Origin: Candidatus Parcubacteria bacterium
Lineage (GTDB): Bacteria > Patescibacteriota > Patescibacteriia > Patescibacteriales > UBA12075
Reading direction: 5' to 3'
Length of the DNA: 64,000 nucleotides
NCBI GenBank assembly: GCA_963827735.1
Contig: CAWHBO010000005.1
Span: 187,669-251,668 of the forward strand
Shown: positions 18,715 to 28,558 of the stretch, piece by piece
How positions within the stretch are numbered: the stretch's first letter is position 1
Layout of the letters: every line of letters begins with the position of its first letter
Made by a program: the position numbers and the translations under genes
Notes under the pieces: model-generated
Databases searched by the model: none
What the model was told of the DNA's origin: nothing
What the model saw: the letters and a program-made list of their open reading frames with translations, nothing else

Positions 18715-19893
18715 ATGCAAGAAAATTTAAGAAAATTTAGAAGTTTAATTGTCAAGCATTTATGGATCATCGTGCCGGTGTTTTTGTTGTTGATTTCCTC
18801 GTCCTTGGTTTTTGCAACTGGTGTCTGGAATCAAGGCTGGCGCGTGAATAGCAATGCAGATAAACAGCCCATAACCATAGATAACGTAAACACAACAAAA
18901 TGTTTAACCAATACTTCCACCATTGATTATTTCGTGCCGACCAATACAGCTACTGAGTGGAATGAATTTGTCGCGCATAAGCCAAGTGGAATAACAATAG
19001 AAGAATGCGCAACCAATTGTGATTCGTCTGCTACTTTAGGATCGGGAGACACAAGTTTTACAGTTGACGCTGGGGGTAATAGTGGTAGTATTAAAACGGG
19101 TACCTGCGCCAGTACTTATTGTGATAGTCTTCCTAGGGCAATATGTAATAATGGTGAATGGCAACTTTCCGGAAGCAATCCCTGTCGGTCAGGAGTTTTT
19201 GCATGGAGTTGTACTAGTTTTCCTGGTGGATTGGGTGATTGCTCTGGTATAACAAATTGGTGCCCTGGAGGCGCGTCAGGAAGTTGCACTTTAGGAGATT
19301 CTTGCGTAATAGCTTGCCAATCCGGAATAGGTGGAAGCGGATGTGAGTGTGGCGATATCTCAAGTAATTGGGTTTTTAATGGTAGCACCTTGGATTTAAT
19401 CCCACGATCTTGTGTCGGCGGAGTAACTGTTTGTCCTACTCAATCTTATTCTACCAAAGATGGTTGTGGTACAAAAAATTTGTATGATCAAGTTCCAGGC
19501 ACCACTGAATATGCGTGTCCAGGAAATTGCGGAGGTAAAGTTGTAGCTCCATGTAATGCCGGTGGAACTTGGGGTAGTATAAGTGATACTTGTCATCAAG
19601 CGGCAAATTGTCCGGCGGGATCAAGTTTCCCTGGTTGTTCGTATACCGCTATGGTAAGTGGTGAAACAAAAGCAGGAACATGTGCTGGCGCTGGGACATG
19701 TACTGTTTCTTGTTTTGATGGCAATGTTCAAGCCACAAACAATCAATGTGGTTATTGTGGAGATGGCTGGTGTGATAGGGATGGATTGTATGGTCCGAAT
19801 GAAAATTGTAATTGTTATGATTGTCCTGTTTGTCCTGATGGTTGCAGTTGCACTCAGTATGGTTGTTACAATGGATTTAATTTTTGTGGTTAA
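18715..19893 (+). CDS. Cys-rich secreted protein (unknown function)
   Basis: N-terminal TM/signal (LWIIVPVFLLLISSSLVFATG). About 40 Cys residues, many in CxxG/CxC patterns. A strong terminator follows. Confidence 0.6.
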   Translation: MQENLRKFRSLIVKHLWIIVPVFLLLISSSLVFATGVWNQGWRVNSNADKQPITIDNVNTTKCLTNTSTIDYFVPTNTATEWNEFVAHKPSGITIEECATNCDSSATLGSGDTSFTVDAGGNSGSIKTGTCASTYCDSLPRAICNNGEWQLSGSNPCRSGVFAWSCTSFPGGLGDCSGITNWCPGGASGSCTLGDSCVIACQSGIGGSGCECGDISSNWVFNGSTLDLIPRSCVGGVTVCPTQSYSTKDGCGTKNLYDQVPGTTEYACPGNCGGKVVAPCNAGGTWGSISDTCHQAANCPAGSSFPGCSYTAMVSGETKAGTCAGAGTCTVSCFDGNVQATNNQCGYCGDGWCDRDGLYGPNENCNCYDCPVCPDGCSCTQYGCYNGFNFCG

Positions 19894-19930
19894 TGAAATT
19901 TCAACCAAAGTTAAAATTTGATTTTATCAA

Positions 19931-19968
19931 AAAATCGTTAAACCCAGATTAAAGTTTAACGATTTTTT
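19931..19968 (+). terminator. Rho-independent terminator
   Basis: aaatcgttaaac / gtttaacgattt, a perfect 12-bp stem, followed by a T-run. Confidence 0.8.
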
Positions 19969-20128
19969 ATATTTCTTGAAATCTTGACTTTTTTCCAAAA
20001 ATTTGTTATAACCATAACAAGCATTTTGACCTTTGAAAAACAAAAAAATAGCGTAAAATCGTGGCAAACAAATCGTTGTTTTCCGCGGCATATATTGCAG
20101 TATTTAAGAAAAGGCATTTTTTATTCCG

Positions 20129-21775
20129 ATGAAGCATCGGGAAAGGAAGGAGGTAGGGAGTATGGGAAATTTAACTTTTAGAAAGTTTAGAATGGTGTTT
20201 ATTGTGTTTGTGGTAATTATCCTTTTAGCAGGATGTAACGGCGGCGGTGGAGATTCCGACAACGACGGAGGAAGCAATCCTGTAAAGAGCACTTGGTATC
20301 AGGACCCAGACAGTGATTTACTTCCTTCTGGTAATCCAATGACCGCTAGTACTCAGCCGGGCACCAATTATTATGTGGAGTCGCATTTTACTTCACTTAA
20401 GACAGACAACTGCCCAGATGTCGCTAACCAGAATCAGGAAGATATGGATAAAGACGGCATCGGCGATGCCTGTGACAGCGATAAAGACGGTGACGGAATT
20501 GCGAATGGATCCGACAATTGTTCAGGAACAGCAAATCCCGATCAACTGGACACAGACAAAGATGGCATCGGCGAGGCCTGTGACAGCGATAAAGACGGTG
20601 ACGGAATTGCGAATGGATCCGACAATTGTTCAGGAACAGCAAATCCCGATCAACTGGACACAGACAAAGATGGCATCGGCGACGCCTGTGACAGCGATAA
20701 AGACGGTGACGGAATTGCGAATGGATCCGACAATTGTTCAGGAACAGCAAATCCCGATCAACTGGACACAGATAAAGATGGTATTGGCAATGTTTGCGAT
20801 TCTGACATTGACGGAGATGGAATATCTAATGACAAGGATAATTCCCCCGCAATCCATAATCCTGACCAATCGGATTTGGATAAAGACGGTATCGGGGATG
20901 TAAGTGACCCTGATAAAGACGGTGACGGAATATCCAATGACGAGGATAATTCCCCCACAATCCATAACCCTGACCAATCGGATTTGGATAAAGACGGTAT
21001 CGGGGATGTAAGTGACCCTGATAAAGACGGTGACGGAATATCCAATGACGAGGATAATTGCCCAACAACCCCTAACCAAGCACAAACCGATGTTGACGAA
21101 GACGGCACAGGCGATGAGTGTGACGATTGTTGCGATAATTGCAGTAGTTTTGAATACGTCGCTTCGCAGACGTATAAGAATTGGGGCGATTCTCCGTCTC
21201 TGGCTTTGGTGGCAGCGTCTATGTATGGATATACAACCGGTCCATATCCTGCTCCTGGCAACATCGCGGTTTTTAAAACCCAAAGTCAGTTTGGTAATCC
21301 GGCTGAACCGCCATATTATCCAGAGTTCGCTGGAACGATTGGGATCATCAACGAAGTTGACGGGAATGTCATTACTGTTCAGTTCGGCGAAGAGGATATC
21401 AAAGAGTATTACCAGGTTGGTGCCGGTTTATTGGTGGATAATATAGGTAAGTATTATTACAATTTTACTTACATATATTATGCGGGACTACCAAGCCATT
21501 GGTATGAAATCTCGCAAAGCAAATATTATTTTGCTGGTTTTGACCAGCAAGTAAAAAAAGGAGAAGTATGCCGTCTGAGGGCGCCTTATAGCGCCAACAC
21601 CACATACGCCTGGACATCACCAGGCGCAGTTACATTGTCGGACAGTTCAAGCTTTATGCCGACCTTTGATACTTCAAATTTGGATGTCGGCTGGTACGAA
21701 TTCACCGTTACGCTGACGCAGCCTTATGACGTGCCTGCGACAGCGCCTGTAAGGGTTGAGATAATCAACCCATAA
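20129..21775 (+). CDS. Lipoprotein with thrombospondin type-3 repeats and a C-terminal globular domain
   Basis: Lipobox-like LLAGCNGG. Repeated DKDGIGDACDSDKDGDGIANGSDNCSGTANPDQLDTD (TSP3 consensus DxDxDG...DNC...NPDQ.D.D). Confidence 0.75.
   Translation: MKHRERKEVGSMGNLTFRKFRMVFIVFVVIILLAGCNGGGGDSDNDGGSNPVKSTWYQDPDSDLLPSGNPMTASTQPGTNYYVESHFTSLKTDNCPDVANQNQEDMDKDGIGDACDSDKDGDGIANGSDNCSGTANPDQLDTDKDGIGEACDSDKDGDGIANGSDNCSGTANPDQLDTDKDGIGDACDSDKDGDGIANGSDNCSGTANPDQLDTDKDGIGNVCDSDIDGDGISNDKDNSPAIHNPDQSDLDKDGIGDVSDPDKDGDGISNDEDNSPTIHNPDQSDLDKDGIGDVSDPDKDGDGISNDEDNCPTTPNQAQTDVDEDGTGDECDDCCDNCSSFEYVASQTYKNWGDSPSLALVAASMYGYTTGPYPAPGNIAVFKTQSQFGNPAEPPYYPEFAGTIGIINEVDGNVITVQFGEEDIKEYYQVGAGLLVDNIGKYYYNFTYIYYAGLPSHWYEISQSKYYFAGFDQQVKKGEVCRLRAPYSANTTYAWTSPGAVTLSDSSSFMPTFDTSNLDVGWYEFTVTLTQPYDVPATAPVRVEIINP
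20457..21057. repeat. Near-perfect 120-bp tandem repeats inside the TSP3 lipoprotein gene (3 copies of type 1, 2 copies of type 2)
   Basis: Identical 120-nt blocks starting near 20460, 20580 and 20700, and a second block type at about 20818 and 20938. Confidence 0.85.
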
Positions 21776-21797
21776 AATGTTGTTAACCTTTAGCCAA

Positions 21798-21834
21798 TCA
21801 CCAAACTAAGCAGTTAGTTTGGTGATTTTTTTAT
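21798..21834 (+). terminator. Rho-independent terminator
   Basis: atcaccaaacta / tagtttggtgat, a 12-bp stem, followed by a T-run. Confidence 0.8.
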
Positions 21835-22110
21835 TTTTAAATTTTGCATAGTTTGCTATGTTGTTATTTATGTAGAAATTATTTTTTTGTTTAATTTTAG
21901 GTAATTTTATAAACTTATTATATATACAATACATATTGTATGCATAGTTTCCAAAAAATTTATTTTTTCAAATAAGCAAAAATGGTAGGTACTTATTTTT
22001 GTTGGAACATTTTTAAGAATAATGCTATAATATTCAAGTAAGTGCATAAATTCTTTTACCTGTTAAAAGAATTTTTGAGCGTATTTTATTCGTATTTACG
22101 TAAATAACAT

Positions 22111-23376
22111 ATGAAAGATGAAATCATCGCCGGTCTTGATATCGGCTCAACTTCAATCCGTTTGGTGGTCGGACAGCCCAAGAATGACGGCAATGGTGAA
22201 AAATTGCAGATCATTGGCGCAGTGTCGGTGGAAGCGCACGGGATCAACAAAGGAGCCGTCAAATCCATTGATGACGTGACCTCATCAATTTCAGCCTGTT
22301 TGGAAAAAGCGGAAAGACTGGTCGGTGTGCCGGTGGAAAGCGTTTGGGTTTCCATAAATTCGCCCCATACCAGATGTGAGAAAAGCCGCGGGGTGGTGGC
22401 AATCGGCAGAAGCGACGGAGAAATCACTCAAGATGACATTGAAAGAGCGTTGGAAGCCGCGCGTGCCCTTTCCGTTCCACCCAATTACGAAATTTTACAT
22501 GTGATACCGGTAAAATTCACCGTAGACAATCAGGAAGACATCAAAGATCCCATCGGTATGACAGGGGTGCGCTTGGAAGTGGAAACATTGATCATCCAGG
22601 GGCTTACCAGCCAGATCAAAAATTTAACCAAAGCCATCTTCAGAACCGGTTTGGACATTGAAGATTTGGTTTTATCTCCTCTGGCGGCCGCGGAAGCCGT
22701 TATCGGCGAAAAGCAGAAAGAGCTTGGCTCGGCTTTGATCAACATCGGCGCCAGCACCACGAGCGTCGCCGTCTTTGAAGAAGGTGAACTTTTACATACA
22801 GCCGTCATCCCGATCGGCTCAGAGCATATCACTTCTGATATCGCCATTGGCCTTCGGTGTCCTTTGAACTTGGCAGAGAGGATAAAGAAAGAAATCGGCA
22901 ATGCTTGGCCGGAAAACTACAAGAAAAATGAAAAAATAGACATGTCGGAAATTGCCGCCGAAGAAGGGGCGGAAGGAGAGCTCAAAGAAGTTTCACAAAA
23001 GTATTTATCAGAAATCATTGAAGCCCGCGTGGAAGAGATTTTTGAAAAAGTTGACGACGAATTCAAAAAGATTGAACGTTCCGGCATGCTTCCGGGCGGA
23101 GTATACCTGATCGGCGGAGGCACAAAACTGGCGGATATCATTGAAGTTGCAAAAAAGACCTTACGACTCCCAGCCAGTCTGGGCGCAAACAGAAATGTCC
23201 GGACCGTCATTGATAAAGTAAATGAAACTGATTACCTAACCGCCCTCGGGCTGACAGCTTGGGGCGCAAAGGTGGCAGAAAGTTCCGGCGGAGGCAGCGG
23301 ATTCAAAGGCGGAAAGATGAAGATTGGAAAATCGGTGGAGAAGATCAAGGATTGGGTGAAGAATTTGATACCATAG
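22111..23376 (+). CDS. ftsA: Cell division protein FtsA
   Basis: Actin-like ATPase N-terminus (LDIGSTSIRLVVGQ). 421 aa. C-terminal amphipathic tail. Confidence 0.85.
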   Translation: MKDEIIAGLDIGSTSIRLVVGQPKNDGNGEKLQIIGAVSVEAHGINKGAVKSIDDVTSSISACLEKAERLVGVPVESVWVSINSPHTRCEKSRGVVAIGRSDGEITQDDIERALEAARALSVPPNYEILHVIPVKFTVDNQEDIKDPIGMTGVRLEVETLIIQGLTSQIKNLTKAIFRTGLDIEDLVLSPLAAAEAVIGEKQKELGSALINIGASTTSVAVFEEGELLHTAVIPIGSEHITSDIAIGLRCPLNLAERIKKEIGNAWPENYKKNEKIDMSEIAAEEGAEGELKEVSQKYLSEIIEARVEEIFEKVDDEFKKIERSGMLPGGVYLIGGGTKLADIIEVAKKTLRLPASLGANRNVRTVIDKVNETDYLTALGLTAWGAKVAESSGGGSGFKGGKMKIGKSVEKIKDWVKNLIP

Positions 23377-23422
23377 TTTACGAAATACAAATTTATACAA
23401 AGATACAAATATACAAATATAC

Positions 23423-23511
23423 AAATATACAAAATACGAACTTATACAAATATACAAACAAACGTTTTTTTTAAACTTTTTTGTATATTTGTATAAGTTC
23501 GTATTTTGTAT
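23423..23511. repeat. AT-rich palindromic element (about 30-bp perfect inverted repeat of ATACAAAT-type units with a T-run in the loop)
   Basis: tatacaaaatacgaacttatacaaatatac and its exact reverse complement flank aaacaaacgttttttttaaactttttt. Lies between ftsA and glyQS. Confidence 0.8.
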
Positions 23512-23537
23512 AGCAAAAATAAGTTAACCAAAAAAAT

Positions 23538-24926
23538 ATGACAGAAAACTTAACTTTAGAAAAAATCGTTTCTTTCTCAAAACGCCGCGGCTTCATTTTT
23601 CCTTCCTCGGAAATTTACGGCGGCTTTGCAGCTGTGTATGATTACGGCCCATACGGCGTTGAGCTTTCCAAAAACATCAAAAATGAGTGGTGGAAAGCGA
23701 TGGTGCAGATGAGAGAAGACATCGTCGGGCTGGACTCTGGCATTTTTATGCATCCGCGCATCTGGGAAGCTTCCGGCCATGTGGCGGGGTTTTCTGACCC
23801 GCTTTCAGAATGCAAGACCTGCCACATGCGAGTCAGGGTTGACCATCTTTTGGAAGATATCGGCATCACGGCGGACGAGAAAATGACCGAGGATGAGATC
23901 AATGATTTGTTCAACCAAAACAAAAAAAAGATCAAATGCCCCAAGTGCGGGAACAGTGATTTTTCCGAAGCCAAAAAATTCAACCTGCTTGTCAAATCCA
24001 ATCTGGGAAATTTTACCGGTGATTGGGACAAAGAGCCGGCTTATCTCCGCGGTGAGACCTGCCAGGGGATTTATGTGAATTACAAGAATGTTTTGGATTC
24101 AGCGCGGGTTCAGATTCCTTTCGGCATCGCGCAGATCGGCAAAGCCTTCCGCAACGAGATCACCGCGCGGCAGTTCATTTTCCGCACCCGCGAATTTGAA
24201 CAGATGGAAATGCAATTTTTTACTTCTCCGGAAAAAGAAATGGAAGAATATGAAAAGTTAAGGCAGGCAAGATGGCAATATTATCTGGATCTCGGAATCA
24301 AAGAAGAAAATTTGAAATGGCACAAGCACGAGAATTTGGTTTTTTATGCCAAGGAAGCATATGACATTGAATATAATTTCCCCTTCGGCTTTAAAGAGCT
24401 GGAAGGAGTCCATGCGCGCGGGGACTATGACCTGACACAGCACAGCAAATTTTCCGGAAAAGATCTCTCATACGTTGACCAGCGCGCAAATGAAAAATAT
24501 ATGCCGCATATCATTGAATCTTCCGTCGGAGTCGGCCGGACCTTGCTGGCTGTTATGTGCGATGCTTATGTTGAGGAGGAAGTCGATGGCGGGGAGCTGA
24601 GAACTGTCCTTAAGTTCCCAAGAAAATTAGCGCCGATAAAAATCGCGGTTTTTCCGCTTCTGAAAAACAAACCGGTTTTGGTAAGCAAGGCTGAGGAAAT
24701 CTTCAAATCATTATCAAAAGATTATATGTGTGAGTTTGACGACAACGGCAACATCGGCAAACGCTATCGCCGCCAAGATGAGATCGGCACGCCGTTCTGC
24801 GTGACGGTGGATTTTGAAACGATTGAAAAAGATAGCATGGTCACCGTCAGGGACAGGGATACGATGAAACAGGAGCGGGTTTTAATAAATAATTTGAAGG
24901 GATATTTTGTGGAGAAATTTGTTTAG
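23538..24926 (+). CDS. glyQS: Glycine--tRNA ligase (class II, homodimeric GlyQS type)
   Basis: N-terminus MTENLTLEKIVSFSKRRGFIFPSSEIYGGFAAVYDYGPYG, characteristic of GlyQS. 462 aa. Confidence 0.85.
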   Translation: MTENLTLEKIVSFSKRRGFIFPSSEIYGGFAAVYDYGPYGVELSKNIKNEWWKAMVQMREDIVGLDSGIFMHPRIWEASGHVAGFSDPLSECKTCHMRVRVDHLLEDIGITADEKMTEDEINDLFNQNKKKIKCPKCGNSDFSEAKKFNLLVKSNLGNFTGDWDKEPAYLRGETCQGIYVNYKNVLDSARVQIPFGIAQIGKAFRNEITARQFIFRTREFEQMEMQFFTSPEKEMEEYEKLRQARWQYYLDLGIKEENLKWHKHENLVFYAKEAYDIEYNFPFGFKELEGVHARGDYDLTQHSKFSGKDLSYVDQRANEKYMPHIIESSVGVGRTLLAVMCDAYVEEEVDGGELRTVLKFPRKLAPIKIAVFPLLKNKPVLVSKAEEIFKSLSKDYMCEFDDNGNIGKRYRRQDEIGTPFCVTVDFETIEKDSMVTVRDRDTMKQERVLINNLKGYFVEKFV

Positions 24927-24977
24927 CAGGAAAAAATTTGAAATTAGAAAATTAGGAAATTAAGAAATTGGGAATTT

Positions 24978-25008
24978 TAAAAGGCATCCGTTCTTCTGGA
25001 TGCCTTTT
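24978..25008. terminator. Rho-independent terminator hairpin
   Basis: ggcatcc / ggatgcc stem with flanking A/T runs. Preceded by a GAAATTA-type heptamer tract at 24937-24975. Confidence 0.75.
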
Positions 25009-25034
25009 CCTGTCTATTGCTATTTGCGGTATTT

Positions 25035-25406
25035 TTATTCGTGATTTACGGTGCTATTTACCATTTTTCCCATTACTTTTGCCATTGGTTCAGGCATGCA
25101 GATGTTGGGGCTGTATAGAAACTCCCTTTCTTTATTTACAAAAAAATGCAAGAGAAGCATTATTAGGCTCATATTGGAAATAAAAATGGTGTTATTTTTT
25201 ATGCCTACAATTGTTCCTTTTTCCGACGGATTGAAATTTTTGGAGAAAGTCAAAAAGCAGATCTGATCTTCTTGGTGCTCAATCTTAAATCTCCATGCCC
25301 CATCTTTTTCCGGGACAGAATTTTCAACGACATTGGTAATTAATTCCAGTAGCTCATTATGGGAAATTATATCCACCATTATCGAATTTGTTCCGATTCC
25401 TGTCAT
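25035..25406 (-). CDS. Hypothetical protein (123 aa)
   Basis: ORF with AT-rich codon usage consistent with part A and no recognisable motif. Convergent with glyQS and sharing its terminator. Confidence 0.4.
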   Translation of the reverse strand: MTGIGTNSIMVDIISHNELLELITNVVENSVPEKDGAWRFKIEHQEDQICFLTFSKNFNPSEKGTIVGIKNNTIFISNMSLIMLLLHFFVNKEREFLYSPNICMPEPMAKVMGKMVNSTVNHE

Positions 25407-25652
25407 TTTTATCCTCCTGATTATAGTTTTGTAGATATTATATTAACCGATAAATCGGATTTTTTTAAAGATCATAGTTAAAGATAAAATAGCGTAAAAT
25501 TTGGTTTAAGTCAATGCCTTGGTCATCCTGAACGAAGCGTAGCGGAGTGAAGGATCCCGACGTGCATTGATAAAGCAACGGGATCCTTCACTATCGTTCA
25601 GGATGACAGATTAAATTTGTTTTAACGATCAAAAAATGCTAAAATATCAAAT

Positions 25653-26999
25653 ATGCCCATCATCAAGAACAAAAAAGACCTCTCCACCACTCCAAAAAGA
25701 AAAATCGCTTTGGACATGATTGAAGCCGGCCTCAAAGCCGTTGACCCCAAAATTCTTTTGCGGAATTCTTTTAAATATAACGCGGATTTCAATTCCATTG
25801 AGATTCAGAACAAGATTTATGACGTCTTATCCGGACGGCTTTTTGTCATCGGCGGAGGAAAAGCATCAGGGGCGATGGCTGAAGAGTTGGAAAATATAAT
25901 CGGCCCGAAAAGAATAACGGCCGGGGTGGTAAATGTTCCGGAAGGAAATTTCAAAACCAAAAAGATCAAGACCATCAAAGCCGGGCATCCTTTGCCTGAT
26001 ATCAATGGAGTAAGAGGCGTAAAAAAAATGCTTGATCTTAAGGAGAAGTTCAAGATCGGCAAAAAGGACCTGGTCATCTGCCTCATTTCCGGCGGCGCCT
26101 CAGCCATGATCAGCATGCCGCGCGTTGGAATAACATTGTCTGACAACCAAAAAACCACCAAGCTCTTTTTGGAAAGCGGCGCGGATATAAATGAAGTGAA
26201 CACCATTCGCAAGCATTTGTCTTTGGTTAAAGGCGGCCAATTGGCGGAATTTTTTAAGCCGGCGCAAGTCGTTTCCATCATCATCTCCGATGTGGTCGGC
26301 AACAGCCCGGCGGTCATCGGTTCCGGACCGACTGTCAATGACCCCACGACTTTTAAAGACGCTTTCGCCATCGCGGAAAAATACGATCTTTTTGCAAAAT
26401 TACCGTCCAAAGTTTCGGAGCTCTTGCGGCGCGGAGCTAAGGGAAAAGAAAGGGAAACACCCAAAAATCTAACGAACGCTCAAAATTTCATCATTGGAAA
26501 AAATTCCCTTGCCATGGAAGCCATGGCTCATTGCGCCAAAAATTACGGCTTGAACCCATTGATCGTAAGCGCGGAAATGATCGGCCGCTCAATTGATGCC
26601 GCCAACATAATCGCTCAGGACATCTTGAAAGGAGAATATAAGAAATTCTCCTGCCTCTTGTATGGCGGTGAAACCACTCCGGTCTTGCCGGAAAATTACG
26701 GAAAAGGCGGCCGCAACCAGCATTTAGCGGCCGAGATGGCAGTCGCCTTGAAAGATAACGCACCTAAGGATTGGGTGTTTGCGAGTCTGGCGTCTGATGG
26801 CCGTGATTTTCTCAAAGGCATCGCCGGCGCCATTGTTGATGGCAGCACTCTGCGCCGCGCTGAAGCAAAAGATTTGGATTATAAAAAATATATAGAAAAT
26901 TACGATACGGCCACGATGTTCAAGAAAATCGGGCAGAGTCTCATCAAGACCGATGAAACCGGCACCAATGTCGGGGATTTGGTCGTATATTTACAATAA
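25653..26999 (+). CDS. Glycerate 2-kinase (MOFRL family)
   Basis: GGGKASGAMA motif and overall MOFRL/DUF4147 architecture. 448 aa. Confidence 0.75.
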   Translation: MPIIKNKKDLSTTPKRKIALDMIEAGLKAVDPKILLRNSFKYNADFNSIEIQNKIYDVLSGRLFVIGGGKASGAMAEELENIIGPKRITAGVVNVPEGNFKTKKIKTIKAGHPLPDINGVRGVKKMLDLKEKFKIGKKDLVICLISGGASAMISMPRVGITLSDNQKTTKLFLESGADINEVNTIRKHLSLVKGGQLAEFFKPAQVVSIIISDVVGNSPAVIGSGPTVNDPTTFKDAFAIAEKYDLFAKLPSKVSELLRRGAKGKERETPKNLTNAQNFIIGKNSLAMEAMAHCAKNYGLNPLIVSAEMIGRSIDAANIIAQDILKGEYKKFSCLLYGGETTPVLPENYGKGGRNQHLAAEMAVALKDNAPKDWVFASLASDGRDFLKGIAGAIVDGSTLRRAEAKDLDYKKYIENYDTATMFKKIGQSLIKTDETGTNVGDLVVYLQ

Positions 27000-27007
27000 G
27001 GAGGGGG

Positions 27008-27874
27008 ATGAAATTAAAATTTCAAAAATTTTTGATTTGGGCGGGGATGTTGCTCGTGGTTGCGGCGATTCCCGTTTTTTGGTATTTAAGCAACAAAATT
27101 CCCGCGGAAAGAAAATTGGAAGTAGATTTTTTGGATGTGGGCCAAGGCGATGCCAGCTTGATCAAAACGCCATTCGGCCAGAACGTTCTGATTGATGGCG
27201 GACCGGACTCCGGTGTGCTTAAGGCGCTGGCAAGCAACCTTTCTTGGTGGGATCGCCGCATTGATCTTGTGATACTGACGCATCCGCACGACGACCATGT
27301 TGCCGGACTCAATCAAGTGCTGAGAAGATATGATGTAAAAAAAATCGCTTATACCGGGGTCGTCCATAATTCCCCGGCATTTCTGGCTTGGCTTGATTTG
27401 ATCAACAAAAAAAAGATACCGCTTTTGATCATTGACCGTCCGCAAAAAATCGTGCTGGGTGGTGATTGTTTTCTGGATGTGATTTATCCGCTTCAGAGTT
27501 TTCTGGGAAAGGAAATTGAAAATCTTAACAATTCTTCCATCGTGGTAAAATTGGTTTACGGACAGACCGGTTTTCTTTTTACCGGAGACGCTGAACAGGA
27601 AGAAGAAAAAGAAATTCTCGGCGCCAAGTTTCCCGGAGCGGATGTGCTCAAAGTCGGACATCATGGATCAGATACCGCCAGCAGCGAAGATTTTTTGGCG
27701 GCAGTGCTTCCCAAAATTTCAGTGATTGAACTGGGGAAAGATAATGACTTTGGCCATCCAAGCGGAAGGACATTGAAAAAGCTGGAACGGCTGAAGTCGG
27801 AAATTTTCCGCACCGACCTTAATGGAACAGTAAAGATTGTAAGCGATGGTAAGAATATAAGCGTATTACAATAA
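27008..27874 (+). CDS. ComEC/Rec2-type metallo-beta-lactamase-fold protein (stand-alone MBL domain with N-terminal TM)
   Basis: DFLDVGQGDASLI...LIDGGPDSG...ILTHPHDDHVAGL, as in the ComEC C-terminal MBL domain. Confidence 0.7.
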   Translation: MKLKFQKFLIWAGMLLVVAAIPVFWYLSNKIPAERKLEVDFLDVGQGDASLIKTPFGQNVLIDGGPDSGVLKALASNLSWWDRRIDLVILTHPHDDHVAGLNQVLRRYDVKKIAYTGVVHNSPAFLAWLDLINKKKIPLLIIDRPQKIVLGGDCFLDVIYPLQSFLGKEIENLNNSSIVVKLVYGQTGFLFTGDAEQEEEKEILGAKFPGADVLKVGHHGSDTASSEDFLAAVLPKISVIELGKDNDFGHPSGRTLKKLERLKSEIFRTDLNGTVKIVSDGKNISVLQ

Positions 27875-27955
27875 GCTTTTTTGCCTTGATTTTATTTTAT
27901 ATTTCTTTTATAATTACGGGTAGTTATTGGATTATGGGTTATTATGGTATGAAGT

Positions 27956-28130
27956 TAAAAGATGTTAAAATTCCAAATTACAAATAACAAATTTCAAATA
28001 AATTCAAAATTACAAATTCAAAACATTTTGTTAAAACCAATTTTGAGTAATAAAAAATTTGGATGAATATTTAGAATTTAGAATTTAGAATTTATTTGAA
28101 ATTTGTTATTTGTTATTTGGAATTTATTCA
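27956..28130. repeat. AT-rich palindromic element (about 30-bp IR aaattccaaat(a/t)acaaataacaaatttcaaa) with an internal TTTAGAA x4 tandem
   Basis: Left arm 27958-27990, right arm about 28093-28125 (reverse complement). tttagaa tandem at 28071-28096. Immediately upstream of the response-regulator gene. Confidence 0.75.
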
Positions 28131-28165
28131 AATTAACAATATACGCGAATGCGTAATATAAAAAT

Positions 28166-28537
28166 ATGCCCGACAAAAAAATACTTCTCGTAGAAGACGA
28201 CAAGATGATCAGCTCAATGTATGAAACCAAATTAAAACAAGACGGTTATATGATCATATTGGCGGATAACGGCGCCATGGCGATTGACTTGGCCGTGAAA
28301 GAAAGACCGGACATCATCCTCTTGGACATAATCCTGCCTCAGCTTGACGGCTTTGCCGTTTTGCAGGAGTTAAGATCTTCGCCGAGCATGAAAAAGATAC
28401 CGATTTTGATGCTGACAAATTTAGGAACTTCCGAAGATCAGGAAAAGGGCAAACAGCTTGGGGCCACCGCGTATTTTGTGAAAGCGAACCTGACTCCGGC
28501 TCAGATCAGCGAAAAAGTAAAAGAATTCTTAAGTTGA
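28166..28537 (+). CDS. Stand-alone CheY-like response regulator receiver domain
   Basis: ILLVEDDKMI...DIILLDIILPQLDGF... receiver motifs. 123 aa. Confidence 0.8.
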   Translation: MPDKKILLVEDDKMISSMYETKLKQDGYMIILADNGAMAIDLAVKERPDIILLDIILPQLDGFAVLQELRSSPSMKKIPILMLTNLGTSEDQEKGKQLGATAYFVKANLTPAQISEKVKEFLS

Positions 28538-28558
28538 TACCAAAAAATACTATTAAAT

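Noticed and set aside
20373-21283. ORFs 20373..20903 (+), 20424..20750 (-), 20738..21283 (-) and 20758..21264 (-)
   Set aside because: They are generated by the perfect 120-bp tandem repeats inside the TSP3 lipoprotein gene. Each is an off-frame or antisense reading of the same repeats.
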